Below are positions 1 through 8,175 of a stretch of DNA of 32,000 nt, in pieces. The notes under the pieces were generated by a model. It worked only from the letters and a program-made list of their open reading frames with translations. It made no database searches and was not told where the DNA came from. The DNA comes from Archaeoglobus fulgidus DSM 4304 (GTDB taxonomy: Archaea; Halobacteriota; Archaeoglobi; Archaeoglobales; Archaeoglobaceae): assembly GCF_000008665.1 (NCBI RefSeq), contig NC_000917.1, forward strand, positions 180,001 through 212,000. The letters run 5' to 3'. Position 1 is the first letter of the stretch. Each line of letters starts with the position of its first letter. Both the position numbers and the translations under genes were made by a program.

Positions 1-432
1 TGGTGGAAGATTCCCTTCAAGCATTCTGCTGGCTTGCACGCCACGAAGTTCTTTCAGGGGCTGAAGGAGGGGAAGATTTTTGGAGTGAGATGTGATAGGT
101 GCGGGAGAGTTCTCGTTCCCCCCAGAGCCTTCTGCGAGAGGTGCCATGTTGAAACCAAAGAATGGGTTGAGGTGAGCGATGAAGGCGTGGTTGAAACACT
201 GACAGTAACCTACATGAAGTTTACTGGCTTACCTGACCCGCCTTACGCCATTGGTGTTGTCAGGCTCGATGGGGCAGATACGGGAATGCTCTGCTTTCTT
301 GGCGGTGTTGACTTGTCAGACTGGAGGAAAATCCACGAGACATTCAAACCGGGAACGAGGGTTAAAGCAGTGTGGAAGGAGGAGAGGGAGGGGAAGATAA
401 CGGACATCCAGTACTTTGAACCAGTGAAATAA
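1..432 (+). CDS. DUF35 family protein (zinc ribbon plus OB fold; thiolase/HMG-CoA synthase- or acyl-CoA-associated). The 5' end is probably outside the window.
   Basis: Motif CDRCGRVLVPPRAFCERC followed by an OB-like C-terminal half (AIGVVRLDG...GTRVKAVW). The frame is open back to base 1 (WWKIPFKHSAGL...). The track start at 34 is a TTG only 4 residues before the conserved FFxGLxxGK motif, so the true start is likely upstream. Confidence 0.75.
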   Translation, partial: WWKIPFKHSAGLHATKFFQGLKEGKIFGVRCDRCGRVLVPPRAFCERCHVETKEWVEVSDEGVVETLTVTYMKFTGLPDPPYAIGVVRLDGADTGMLCFLGGVDLSDWRKIHETFKPGTRVKAVWKEEREGKITDIQYFEPVK

Positions 433-463
433 ACTTTCATTTTTTGCATGAAACGATATCAGC

Positions 464-481
464 GCAAAGCAAAGTTTAAAT
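464..481 (+). promoter_or_regulatory. Putative BRE/TATA promoter for the DUF116 operon
   Basis: GCAAAGCAAAGTTTAAAT. The TTTAAAT is centred about 27 nt upstream of the ATG at 505, which suggests a leaderless transcript. The same 12-mer occurs at the liv promoter (20179-20190, minus strand). Confidence 0.4.
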
Positions 482-504
482 CCTCAACAAATAATTCCTA
501 ACGA

Positions 505-1095
505 ATGATAGACAGGATCATATCGAAGCTTGTCTCCGCTGGAGCAGACTTAAGCTCGAAAAACGCCATAAAGGCTGCCCTGAAAATTCTCGGGGAGGAC
601 GAAGGGCTTGCGGACTACATTTACATTCTCGTAAAGAACAGAGCCTACAGGAAAGACTGGGCGGAGCTTCCTGTGGAAAAAAGGCTGATATTCCTGCCCC
701 AGTGCCTCAGAAACTCGAAGAGCTGCCAGGCAGAGCTAACTGAGAAAGGATACATTTGCAAGAAGTGCGGGGGCTGCGATATAGCCGAAATTGTAGAGAC
801 TGCGGAAGAGCTTGGGTATAAGCACGCCTACATAGTTCCCGGGGGAAGCATGATTTACAGAATCCTAAAAAGTCTGGATATGGGTTCCTTTGCGTGTCTC
901 GGCGTTGCTTGTCTTCCTGAGCTTTGCGAGGCCAGTGAGAGGCTTACGCTGAAGGACATTCCACACCAGTGCGTCCCCCTTCGGAAAACAGGATGTGTGG
1001 ACACGGAGGTAGATGTCGAAGAGGTCAAGGCTTTTTTAAAAGCTGGTATAGAGCATGAAGAAGAAAAAGCTGGAAATAGTGCTGGAAAAAATTAA
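505..1095 (+). CDS. Cys-rich DUF116-like protein of unknown function
   Basis: 196-aa ORF with FLPQCL...SCQ...CKKCGGC...ACLGVAC...LC...QCVPL...GC cysteine pattern, which I recall as DUF116. Promoter-like box upstream. Overlaps the next gene by 41 nt. Confidence 0.7.
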   Translation: MIDRIISKLVSAGADLSSKNAIKAALKILGEDEGLADYIYILVKNRAYRKDWAELPVEKRLIFLPQCLRNSKSCQAELTEKGYICKKCGGCDIAEIVETAEELGYKHAYIVPGGSMIYRILKSLDMGSFACLGVACLPELCEASERLTLKDIPHQCVPLRKTGCVDTEVDVEEVKAFLKAGIEHEEEKAGNSAGKN

Positions 1096-1669
1096 GGGTT
1101 TTCAGAATCCGAAAATAGAGCTTGAGCAATACGTCACCCCACCTTCGCTTGCTGCCTTCATAGCAACCACAGCGGAACTTAACGGTGACCTCGACCTAAT
1201 CATCGATTTGGGGTGCGGTACGGGAATTCTGGCAATAGCTTGCTCACTGCTTGGCCACTACTCAGTTGGAGTTGATCTGGATGTTGAGGCATTGAAAATA
1301 GCGAGAGATAACGCAGCAGAGCTTGGGGTTGAGGCAGACTTCGTGAGGAGCGAGGTATCGAAATTCCGGTGCAAGAGGAAAGTTACAACTGTGATGAACC
1401 CTCCTTTCGGCATACAGAGAAAGCACGCGGACAGACCTTTTTTGCTCAAAGCCTTTGAGATTTCGAAGGTAATTTACACCGTTCACTCCGCAGGAAGCTC
1501 AAATTTCGTTCGAAAGCTTTCGGAAGAGCATGGCTTTAAAGTTACGTACCAGTGGAACTTCTCCATCCCCCTTAAGAGGACCTACTCTTTCCACGAAAAA
1601 GCATTTAAGTATATACCCGTAGAGGTGTTTAGGATTGAGAAACATGAGATTCGTAATGCCGGGAGATAG
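1055..1669 (+). CDS. METTL5-like SAM-dependent (N6-adenine type) RNA methyltransferase
   Basis: LEQYVTPP N-terminal motif, SAM motif DLGCGTGILAI, catalytic NPPFG. This is the COG2263-type predicted RNA methylase. Confidence 0.8.
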   Translation: MKKKKLEIVLEKIKGFQNPKIELEQYVTPPSLAAFIATTAELNGDLDLIIDLGCGTGILAIACSLLGHYSVGVDLDVEALKIARDNAAELGVEADFVRSEVSKFRCKRKVTTVMNPPFGIQRKHADRPFLLKAFEISKVIYTVHSAGSSNFVRKLSEEHGFKVTYQWNFSIPLKRTYSFHEKAFKYIPVEVFRIEKHEIRNAGR

Positions 1670-2183
1670 GATAGGTTCTGCGGAGGAATACGTTAAAGGG
1701 GAGGGAGTTTACGAGGAGGGAGGAGAGCTTTTTGCCGCCGTTGCGGGAAAGCTCATCATCAAGGACAGAGTTGCAAAGGTGGAGAGCATCTCTCCGATCC
1801 CGGAGATAGTTAAGGGAGATGTTGTCCTCGGCAGAGTTGTGGACCTCAGAAACTCAATCGCTCTGATCGAAGTTTCAAGCAAAAAGGGAGAGAATAGGGG
1901 TCCGAGCAACAGGGGAATAGGAATTCTGCACGTCTCCAATGTCGATGAGGGATACGTAAAGGAAATTTCGGAAGCTGTGGGCTACCTCGACATTCTGAAG
2001 GCAAGGGTTATCGGGGACAACCTCAGGCTATCAACGAAGGAGGAGGAGATGGGCGTTTTGAGGGCTTTGTGCAGCAACTGCAAGACGGAGATGGTCAGAG
2101 AGGGCGACATCCTTAAATGCCCGGAGTGCGGGAGGGTTGAGAAGAGAAAAATCTCGACAGATTACGGCAAGGGAGAGTGGTAG
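1644..2183 (+). CDS. csl4: Exosome complex RNA-binding subunit Csl4
   Basis: MRFVMPGDRIG... with a central S1-like domain (GDVVLGRVVDL...) and a C-terminal zinc ribbon CSNC...CPEC. I chose the ATG at 1644 rather than the TTG at 1635. Confidence 0.9.
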   Translation: MRFVMPGDRIGSAEEYVKGEGVYEEGGELFAAVAGKLIIKDRVAKVESISPIPEIVKGDVVLGRVVDLRNSIALIEVSSKKGENRGPSNRGIGILHVSNVDEGYVKEISEAVGYLDILKARVIGDNLRLSTKEEEMGVLRALCSNCKTEMVREGDILKCPECGRVEKRKISTDYGKGEW

Positions 2184-2184
2184 T

Positions 2185-2445
2185 ATGGAGGTAAAGATTA
2201 TCGACATCGGAGAAGACTACGTAAGGCTCGTGATTAAAGGGGAGGGGCACACGTACCTCAACCTTCTCCAGCACTATCTGGTTGAGGATGAGGACGTAAT
2301 TGTTGCCAGATACAACATCCCCCACCCTCTCATCGGAGAACCCGAGATTTACATAAAGACGAGTGGCGTTGACCCGCTTGAGGCGGTTAAAAGAGCCAAT
2401 GAGAAGATTATAGCAGCTTGCAACACACTTTTAGAGCAGCTCTGA
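2185..2445 (+). CDS. rpoL: DNA-directed RNA polymerase subunit L (Rpo11)
   Basis: MEVKIIDIGEDYVRLVIKGEGHTYLNLLQHYL... is the typical RpoL sequence (EGHT motif). The ATG at 2185 lies 1 nt after the csl4 stop. The longer track ORF from 2137 overlaps csl4 and is not needed. Confidence 0.9.
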   Translation: MEVKIIDIGEDYVRLVIKGEGHTYLNLLQHYLVEDEDVIVARYNIPHPLIGEPEIYIKTSGVDPLEAVKRANEKIIAACNTLLEQL

Positions 2446-2490
2446 GCTCAGAACTCAAAACCCTCATCACCGTTCAGAGGGGCCCTTTCA

Positions 2491-3978
2491 TCATCGCTCA
2501 CTCAGCTTTACCCTCGCAGCTTTTAACCTTATCACAAAGGTCGCTCCGTGGGGCTTTGTATCTTCAACCCACACTTTACCCCCATACCTCTCCACGACCC
2601 TCTTGACGATGTAAAGCCCCAGTCCCGTCCCGCCAGTCTCACCGTACTTGAAGCTCTCCTTGAAAATCTGCCTCCTGATTTCCAAGGGGATTCCTACTCC
2701 GTAGTCCACAACCCTAATCTCGCAGTCATCCTCAAACTCACTGAGGATTATGTCCACCCTGTTCGTCCTTCCGTGCTTGATTGCGTTTGAAATGAGATTT
2801 TCAAGGACGGAGTATATTGCACCGTCCGCCATTGCAACACAGCTTCCCTTTATGTTTATCTCGATATTGAAAGACTTTGCCACCTCCTCTGCAACCTCTC
2901 GCATGTTGATGGGCTTCAGCTTCTCGCTCATCGTGAGAACAATTTTTTCGAGCTCCCTTATCTTGTCTATGTAGGAGCTGCTTTCCTCAACAGCTTTCAT
3001 GACCTTGTCGAGAAGCTCCTCCCTTTTCGTCATTCGGTACGTCTCGACGTATCCCGATATGATCTGCAGCTTGTTCAAAATATCGTGTCTCAGCATCCTG
3101 TTTATCAGCTTGAGAATTTCCTGCAACTCGTTTACTTGAGCGTAGAGTTCTGCATATTTCTTCCTCTCCGCGTCGAGGTCGTAGTAGCTGAGAAGCGTGA
3201 TTTCTGTCCTGTAGAATTTGTAGAGAACTGTCAGTAGCACTATGTTTGAGAATGTGAAAATGGCTGTAGAGAGGTCGAAGTCCAGCCACCCCCTGAAAGA
3301 CCTCAGGAGGGCCACATCGCTGATGTACTTCAGTATGAAGTAAAGCAGAAAGGATTTGTAGTAAGCCGCAGACTCCGTTTTGAAGTAAGCAGCTGTGAGC
3401 GTTAACAGAGAAAGAATTATCACAGAGTCGCATATCAGAGTTTCCAGATGTATAAACGTTGACAGATTGGAGTACTCAAGACCTACCAGCTCATAACTGG
3501 AAAAAACAAGGATGGGTATTGCGAGGATTGCGGGCAGAAAGTGCTTTACATCGAAATACCTCATCTCCCTCAAAATCTTCCAGAGGAAGAATCCGAGAAT
3601 CGGCGTTTCTGCCAGAAGGTATATCGGTATAAAGTACTCAAAGTGCTCAACCTTCAGTTGAAAGTCGCTCCTCACCCAAACCATCTGACCAACGCTGAGA
3701 ATCGAGAGCAGCAATAATCCCGAAAAAAATGCGAGGGTGGAGAAGAGCGTTCTCCTTTCGCTCTTGGATGCTCTTGCTAAGTAGACTGAAGCGATAAATG
3801 CAACCATTACCAAAATAATATTAAATAGGTATATACTTGGCAGAAATACATAGGGGGGCAGACCGTAATAGTAATTTACGGTGAACAGAGTAAGCTCAAA
3901 CAGTGATAGCAGCAATCCAACTGCGTAGATACTCATTATTGTTATTACGTTGAGGTAATTAATAAACCTAACTGCCAA
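2491..3978 (-). CDS. Membrane-bound sensor histidine kinase (polytopic N-terminal domain, HisKA-like H box, HATPase_c)
   Basis: About 260 aa of hydrophobic helices, followed by an H box (RMLRHDILNKLQII), an N box (ENLISNAIKHG), G1 (VDYGVGIP) and G2 (GGTGLGLYIVKRVV). The start is uncertain: TTG at 3978 or ATG at 3936. Confidence 0.85.
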   Translation of the reverse strand: MAVRFINYLNVITIMSIYAVGLLLSLFELTLFTVNYYYGLPPYVFLPSIYLFNIILVMVAFIASVYLARASKSERRTLFSTLAFFSGLLLLSILSVGQMVWVRSDFQLKVEHFEYFIPIYLLAETPILGFFLWKILREMRYFDVKHFLPAILAIPILVFSSYELVGLEYSNLSTFIHLETLICDSVIILSLLTLTAAYFKTESAAYYKSFLLYFILKYISDVALLRSFRGWLDFDLSTAIFTFSNIVLLTVLYKFYRTEITLLSYYDLDAERKKYAELYAQVNELQEILKLINRMLRHDILNKLQIISGYVETYRMTKREELLDKVMKAVEESSSYIDKIRELEKIVLTMSEKLKPINMREVAEEVAKSFNIEINIKGSCVAMADGAIYSVLENLISNAIKHGRTNRVDIILSEFEDDCEIRVVDYGVGIPLEIRRQIFKESFKYGETGGTGLGLYIVKRVVERYGGKVWVEDTKPHGATFVIRLKAARVKLSER

Positions 3979-4048
3979 TTCTTTTCAAAAAAATTTATGT
4001 CTTTGTATAAACCAATAAAACTTTTTTACCTTGGGGCGAGGAGGAGCG

Positions 4049-5494
4049 ATGGCCTACGAAGACCTCAGGGAGTTTATAGGCAGACTTGAAGATAAGGGGG
4101 AACTGGCGAGAGTGAAGCACGAAGTCAGCCCGATTCTCGAAATGAGTGAAGTTGCTGACAGAACTGTAAAGGCCGGAGGGAAGGCTCTGCTTTTCGAAAG
4201 GCCGAAGGGTTACGACATCCCGGTTTTTATGAACGCCTTCGGAACTGAGAGGAGGATGAAGCTCGCTCTCGAGGTGGAAAGGTTGGAGGAAATCGGGGAA
4301 AGATTACTTTCCGCGCTGGAATTCAGACCATCTTCTTTTATGGATGCTTTGAAGGGAGTTGGGATGCTAAAGGACTTCATGTCGTTCATCCCTAAAAAGA
4401 CAGGCAAAGCTCCCTGCAAGGAGGTGGTGGCTGAAAGTCTGGATAAGTTCCCAATTCTCAAGTGCTGGCCGAAGGATGCGGGCAGGTTCATAACTTTTCC
4501 GGTTGTGATAACTAAAGACCCCGAAACCGGGGAGATGAACGCTGGAATGTACAGAATGCAGGTTTTCGATGGAAAAACAACCGGAATGCACTGGCAGATT
4601 CACAAGCACGGGGCGGAGCACTTCAGGAAGATGGCTGAGAAGGGAGGGGGGAAGATTGAGGTTGCCGTTGCCATTGGAGTTGACCCTGCAACCCTCTACG
4701 CTGCAACGGCCCCTCTGCCTTCGGGCATTAGCGAGTTCATGTTTGCCGGCTTTATAAGAAAGGAGAGGCTGAAGGTGACTGAATGCGAGACAGTTGACCT
4801 GCTCGTCCCAGCGAATGCGGAGATTATCCTTGAAGGATACGTGAGGGTGGATGAGATGAGAGTGGAAGGGCCCTTTGGAGACCACACCGGCTACTACACC
4901 CCACCAGAACCTTATCCTGTTTTTCACATAACCCACATCACTCACAGGGAGAACCCAATCTACCACGCCACCGTCGTTGGAAAGCCGCCGATGGAGGACG
5001 CATGGCTCGGCAAGGCGACGGAAAGAATTTTCCTCCCGATACTCCGGATGATGCATCCTGAAATTGTGGACATCAACCTTCCCGTGGAGGGAGCATTTCA
5101 CAACCTCGCAATCGTTTCAATCAAGAAAAGATATCCGGGGCAGGCCAAAAAGGTCATGTACGCAATCTGGGGTACAGGAATGCTCTCTCTCACGAAGATT
5201 GTGGTTGTGGTGGATGATGATGTCAACGTGCACGACATGAGGGAGGTTGTCTGGGCGGTAACCTCGCGCTTCGACCCTGCAAGGGATGTCGTTATCCTTC
5301 CACCCTCTCCCACCGACTCCCTCGACCACTCCGCCTACATTCCAAACCTGGCGGGGAAGCTCGGAATCGATGCGACCAAGAAGTGGAGGGATGAGGGCTA
5401 CGAGCGCGAGTGGCCGGATGTGGTGGAGATGGACGCAGAGACAAAGAGGAAAGTTGATGCAATCTGGAACGAGATAAGGAACATGGTTTTATGA
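4049..5494 (+). CDS. UbiD-family (prFMN-dependent) decarboxylase
   Basis: Full-length similarity in pattern to UbiD (DLREFIGRLEDKGEL..., GMYRMQV, GDHTGYY). GGAGG lies 5 nt upstream of the ATG at 4049. The track's TTG at 4031 is probably too early. Confidence 0.85.
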   Translation: MAYEDLREFIGRLEDKGELARVKHEVSPILEMSEVADRTVKAGGKALLFERPKGYDIPVFMNAFGTERRMKLALEVERLEEIGERLLSALEFRPSSFMDALKGVGMLKDFMSFIPKKTGKAPCKEVVAESLDKFPILKCWPKDAGRFITFPVVITKDPETGEMNAGMYRMQVFDGKTTGMHWQIHKHGAEHFRKMAEKGGGKIEVAVAIGVDPATLYAATAPLPSGISEFMFAGFIRKERLKVTECETVDLLVPANAEIILEGYVRVDEMRVEGPFGDHTGYYTPPEPYPVFHITHITHRENPIYHATVVGKPPMEDAWLGKATERIFLPILRMMHPEIVDINLPVEGAFHNLAIVSIKKRYPGQAKKVMYAIWGTGMLSLTKIVVVVDDDVNVHDMREVVWAVTSRFDPARDVVILPPSPTDSLDHSAYIPNLAGKLGIDATKKWRDEGYEREWPDVVEMDAETKRKVDAIWNEIRNMVL

Positions 5495-6987
5495 GGAGCG
5501 TTGAAGCTTTATACTACAAGCTTTTCTCAATACCGAGAGCGGAAATAATGCTTGTAGCTTCTCTTTTTGCAGCTTTACTGCTTTCCCTGCTGGATGCTAG
5601 CCTTCTCTATCTGTGGGCTTTGGTTTTCGCTGTCTCACTTGCAGCCTTGAAGGTTGCAAAGCTGAAATTCGACCTTAAGAGAATCTCCTTCCTCGCAATC
5701 TTCATAACAACCCTCAGCACGCCGGCTGTTGTGTTAAAGGGCAATGCAACGGCTTCAGCCTTCGTCCTTTTCATCACTTACTACTTCTGCTCTGAAAGAA
5801 AGGCTCTATCAGTCCCGCTCGCATCACTGCCGTATATTGCCCTCAGCCCCCAAATTTCGACTCTGATAGGCCTTCTTATCTCAACCCTCCTTTTTCTGCT
5901 TTACATCAGAATTCTCGACGTCAAAGTTGGGGTTGTCAGGATTAGAAACTTCGTCGAGAAGTTCGTCCTGTTCTGGCTGACCTCCAATCCCAAATTCATG
6001 GAGGAGTTCCTTGAAGACTCTGCAGATGATTTCGAAGGCAGAGTGAGGTGCTTGGCGGTTAATGAAGCAAGGCTTGTTCAGACGGACTTCCACCCCGGCC
6101 CCTTCAGAAACGTTGGCGGAGCGATGCTTGTGGAGAAGCTCTCCGATGGTGGTATTTACCTCCACTCTCCCACTTCCCACGCCAGGAATCCAGTGAGTGC
6201 GGAGGAGGTGGAAAAAATCGTTTCGGCGGTCAGGTGCTCTGAAAAGGCTCTCACACCTCAAAAACCCTTTAAGGTTGAGAGCGAGAACTTTGAGGCCTAC
6301 TGCTTTCCCTTTGCAGAAACGAGGATGGTCTTTGTCAGCGGAAAAAGGCACATCGACGATTTTATCATAAACTCCGAGAGCTTCGTTGTTGACTGCCACA
6401 ACGCATACGAGGAAAACTACGACCCTGATGAAGGCGAGGTGGGGGAGATAGCGAGGCTGGTAAAGGTAGCGGAGGAAAGAACTTCTGAGCCCTCAAACGC
6501 TAAATCGGCATTCGTCCGCGTTGATGCCGAAACCGACAGCCTGTGCGGCTACGCTGCTGCGGTTCTGCTGGATTACGGGGAGGAGAGGTATGCGATTGTT
6601 GTTTTTGATGCCAACAACGTCGATTTGAGGTTCAGAAGACACGTCGAAAAGCTTTTTGGCGAGATGGGTTACACGGCGGTTGTTGCATCAACGGACAACC
6701 ACGCCAAAACCGGAATGAGAGCCAAGCTCGCCTACAAGCCAGCGGGTCAGGATGAAAGGGACTGGGAAGTTGCGGAGAAGCTGGCCAATTGCTGCAGGGA
6801 AGCTGAGTTGAAAGATGCTGTTTTCAGCTACGGTGAGCGGAGAGTTAAAGTCAAGGTTATGGGGGAGAAGCTTTTGAGGGATGCCGAGGTGGCTGTTGAG
6901 AGAAGAGCAAAGGGGCTCATCGCAACTTTTTTAGCGTTCGCGGCCACAAACTATTTGTTAAGCACAATGTTGAGATTCATTGCTTAA
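5491..6987 (+). CDS. Polytopic membrane protein with a large soluble domain and a C-terminal TM helix (possibly the archaeal DUF2070 family); function unknown
   Basis: Its ATG overlaps the ubiD stop (ATGA at 5491-5494). It has about 5 N-terminal TM helices, a soluble region with HPGPF, HSPTSHARNP and STDNH motifs, and a terminal TM helix. The family assignment is from memory and weak. Confidence 0.6.
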   Translation: MRSVEALYYKLFSIPRAEIMLVASLFAALLLSLLDASLLYLWALVFAVSLAALKVAKLKFDLKRISFLAIFITTLSTPAVVLKGNATASAFVLFITYYFCSERKALSVPLASLPYIALSPQISTLIGLLISTLLFLLYIRILDVKVGVVRIRNFVEKFVLFWLTSNPKFMEEFLEDSADDFEGRVRCLAVNEARLVQTDFHPGPFRNVGGAMLVEKLSDGGIYLHSPTSHARNPVSAEEVEKIVSAVRCSEKALTPQKPFKVESENFEAYCFPFAETRMVFVSGKRHIDDFIINSESFVVDCHNAYEENYDPDEGEVGEIARLVKVAEERTSEPSNAKSAFVRVDAETDSLCGYAAAVLLDYGEERYAIVVFDANNVDLRFRRHVEKLFGEMGYTAVVASTDNHAKTGMRAKLAYKPAGQDERDWEVAEKLANCCREAELKDAVFSYGERRVKVKVMGEKLLRDAEVAVERRAKGLIATFLAFAATNYLLSTMLRFIA

Positions 6988-7002
6988 AAGGAGGTGATCG
7001 TT

Positions 7003-8175
7003 ATGGACGCAGAGACGTTAAAAGAGTTAATCAGGGATGATTTCGAGGTTATTAACGCAAATGAGACGGTTTCGAAGCTGTTTCCGATGCTTGAAAAGCT
7101 GGACAGGGATAAGGCAAATGCGATACTTGTGGAGGAAGACGGAAAAATAGTCGGTGTTGTTAGGGAAAAGGACCTGATCAGGGGGAGTGTTTTGAAAAAC
7201 CCCCATGAAACTAAGGTTAAATCCCTTCTTGTAAGAACGGGAAAAATTGATTTGAACGAGCTTGACCCCTACAAAGTTGCGAGGAGGTTTGTTGAAGACT
7301 CCACACCCTTCGTTATAGTCCAGATTGACGATAAAAGGGTTGGAGTCATCTACATTAACGACTTCCTAAGCGCCCTTAAGGACGAGTTTAAGGACGTGAA
7401 GGTCAGAGAAGTGATGAATCCAGAGGTAATCACAGTAAGGAGGTTCGACAGCGCCGCTAAAGCGCTTTCGGTGATGAGAACTCACGGAATTGACAGGGTT
7501 GTGGTTGTGGATGAGAACAACAAGGTAATTGGAATTCTCACAGGCAAAGATGTAGTGGACAGGGTTATCTCCCCGAGAAAGAGAGCAAGGATGGGAGATT
7601 CGAGCGGAGAGAAGGAGAAGACACTATCGATCATGGTGGAGAGCATAATGAGCTCTCCGGTGGTCTCGGTTAGCAGGAACGACAGCGTTGCAGAGGTCAT
7701 CGACCTAATGGTTGAGAACAGAATTTCGAGCGTTGTTGTTACCAGAGACGGCCTGCCCGACGGCATTGTAATAAAGAAGGACATTCTGGAGTACTACCTT
7801 AAGAAGGAGTCGAGAAAGGAGTTCAACGTTCAGATTTCGACTGCAGACATAACACTCGATGAGTTCGATAGGGAAGCAATATTGGAGGACGTGGAGAAGC
7901 TGATGAGAAAGTTTTCCGACTTTCTCGGAGAGTCCTTCTTGTTTATCTACATAAAGAGGCACAAGGAGCATTTCCGCAATCTGCCTCTGATTCACGTCAG
8001 GCTGAAGCTCGCAAGCGAGAAGGGTAACTTCATGGTCAGTGGCGAGAGCTGGGGAGTGGAGTACGCCGTCCATGTGGCGCTGAAGAAGCTCGAAAGAGAG
8101 ATACTGAAGGAGAAAGAGCTGCTGGAAGACAAAAGAATGATAAAAAGGTTCTACGAAGAAGTTCTCGAATACTAA
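7003..8175 (+). CDS. Four-CBS (two Bateman modules) protein with a C-terminal HPF/RaiA-like domain
   Basis: AAGGAGGTG lies upstream of the ATG at 7003. There are four CBS repeats (e.g. GIDRVVVVDENNKVIGILTGKDV, RISSVVVTRDGLPDGIVIKKDI). The C-terminal ~100 aa follows the YfiA/HPF pattern (see findings). Confidence 0.8.
   Translation: MDAETLKELIRDDFEVINANETVSKLFPMLEKLDRDKANAILVEEDGKIVGVVREKDLIRGSVLKNPHETKVKSLLVRTGKIDLNELDPYKVARRFVEDSTPFVIVQIDDKRVGVIYINDFLSALKDEFKDVKVREVMNPEVITVRRFDSAAKALSVMRTHGIDRVVVVDENNKVIGILTGKDVVDRVISPRKRARMGDSSGEKEKTLSIMVESIMSSPVVSVSRNDSVAEVIDLMVENRISSVVVTRDGLPDGIVIKKDILEYYLKKESRKEFNVQISTADITLDEFDREAILEDVEKLMRKFSDFLGESFLFIYIKRHKEHFRNLPLIHVRLKLASEKGNFMVSGESWGVEYAVHVALKKLEREILKEKELLEDKRMIKRFYEEVLEY

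Noticed and set aside
2464-2483. CCCTC-N10-GAGGG hairpin between the convergent rpoL and kinase genes, considered as a possible terminator
   Set aside because: Only a 5-bp stem and no adjacent oligo-T tract. Archaeal termination does not require hairpins.
4367-5101. 244-aa ORF antisense to ubiD. Similar long antisense ORFs occur at 2987-3433, 5881-6399, 7705-8214, 8364-8921, 16322-16939, 18137-18574, 20960-21331, 22131-22568, 23383-23775 and 27060-27569.
   Set aside because: All lie entirely inside well-supported genes on the opposite strand. Their sequences are low-complexity or Arg/Ser/Pro-rich with no recognisable motifs. They are typical shadow ORFs.
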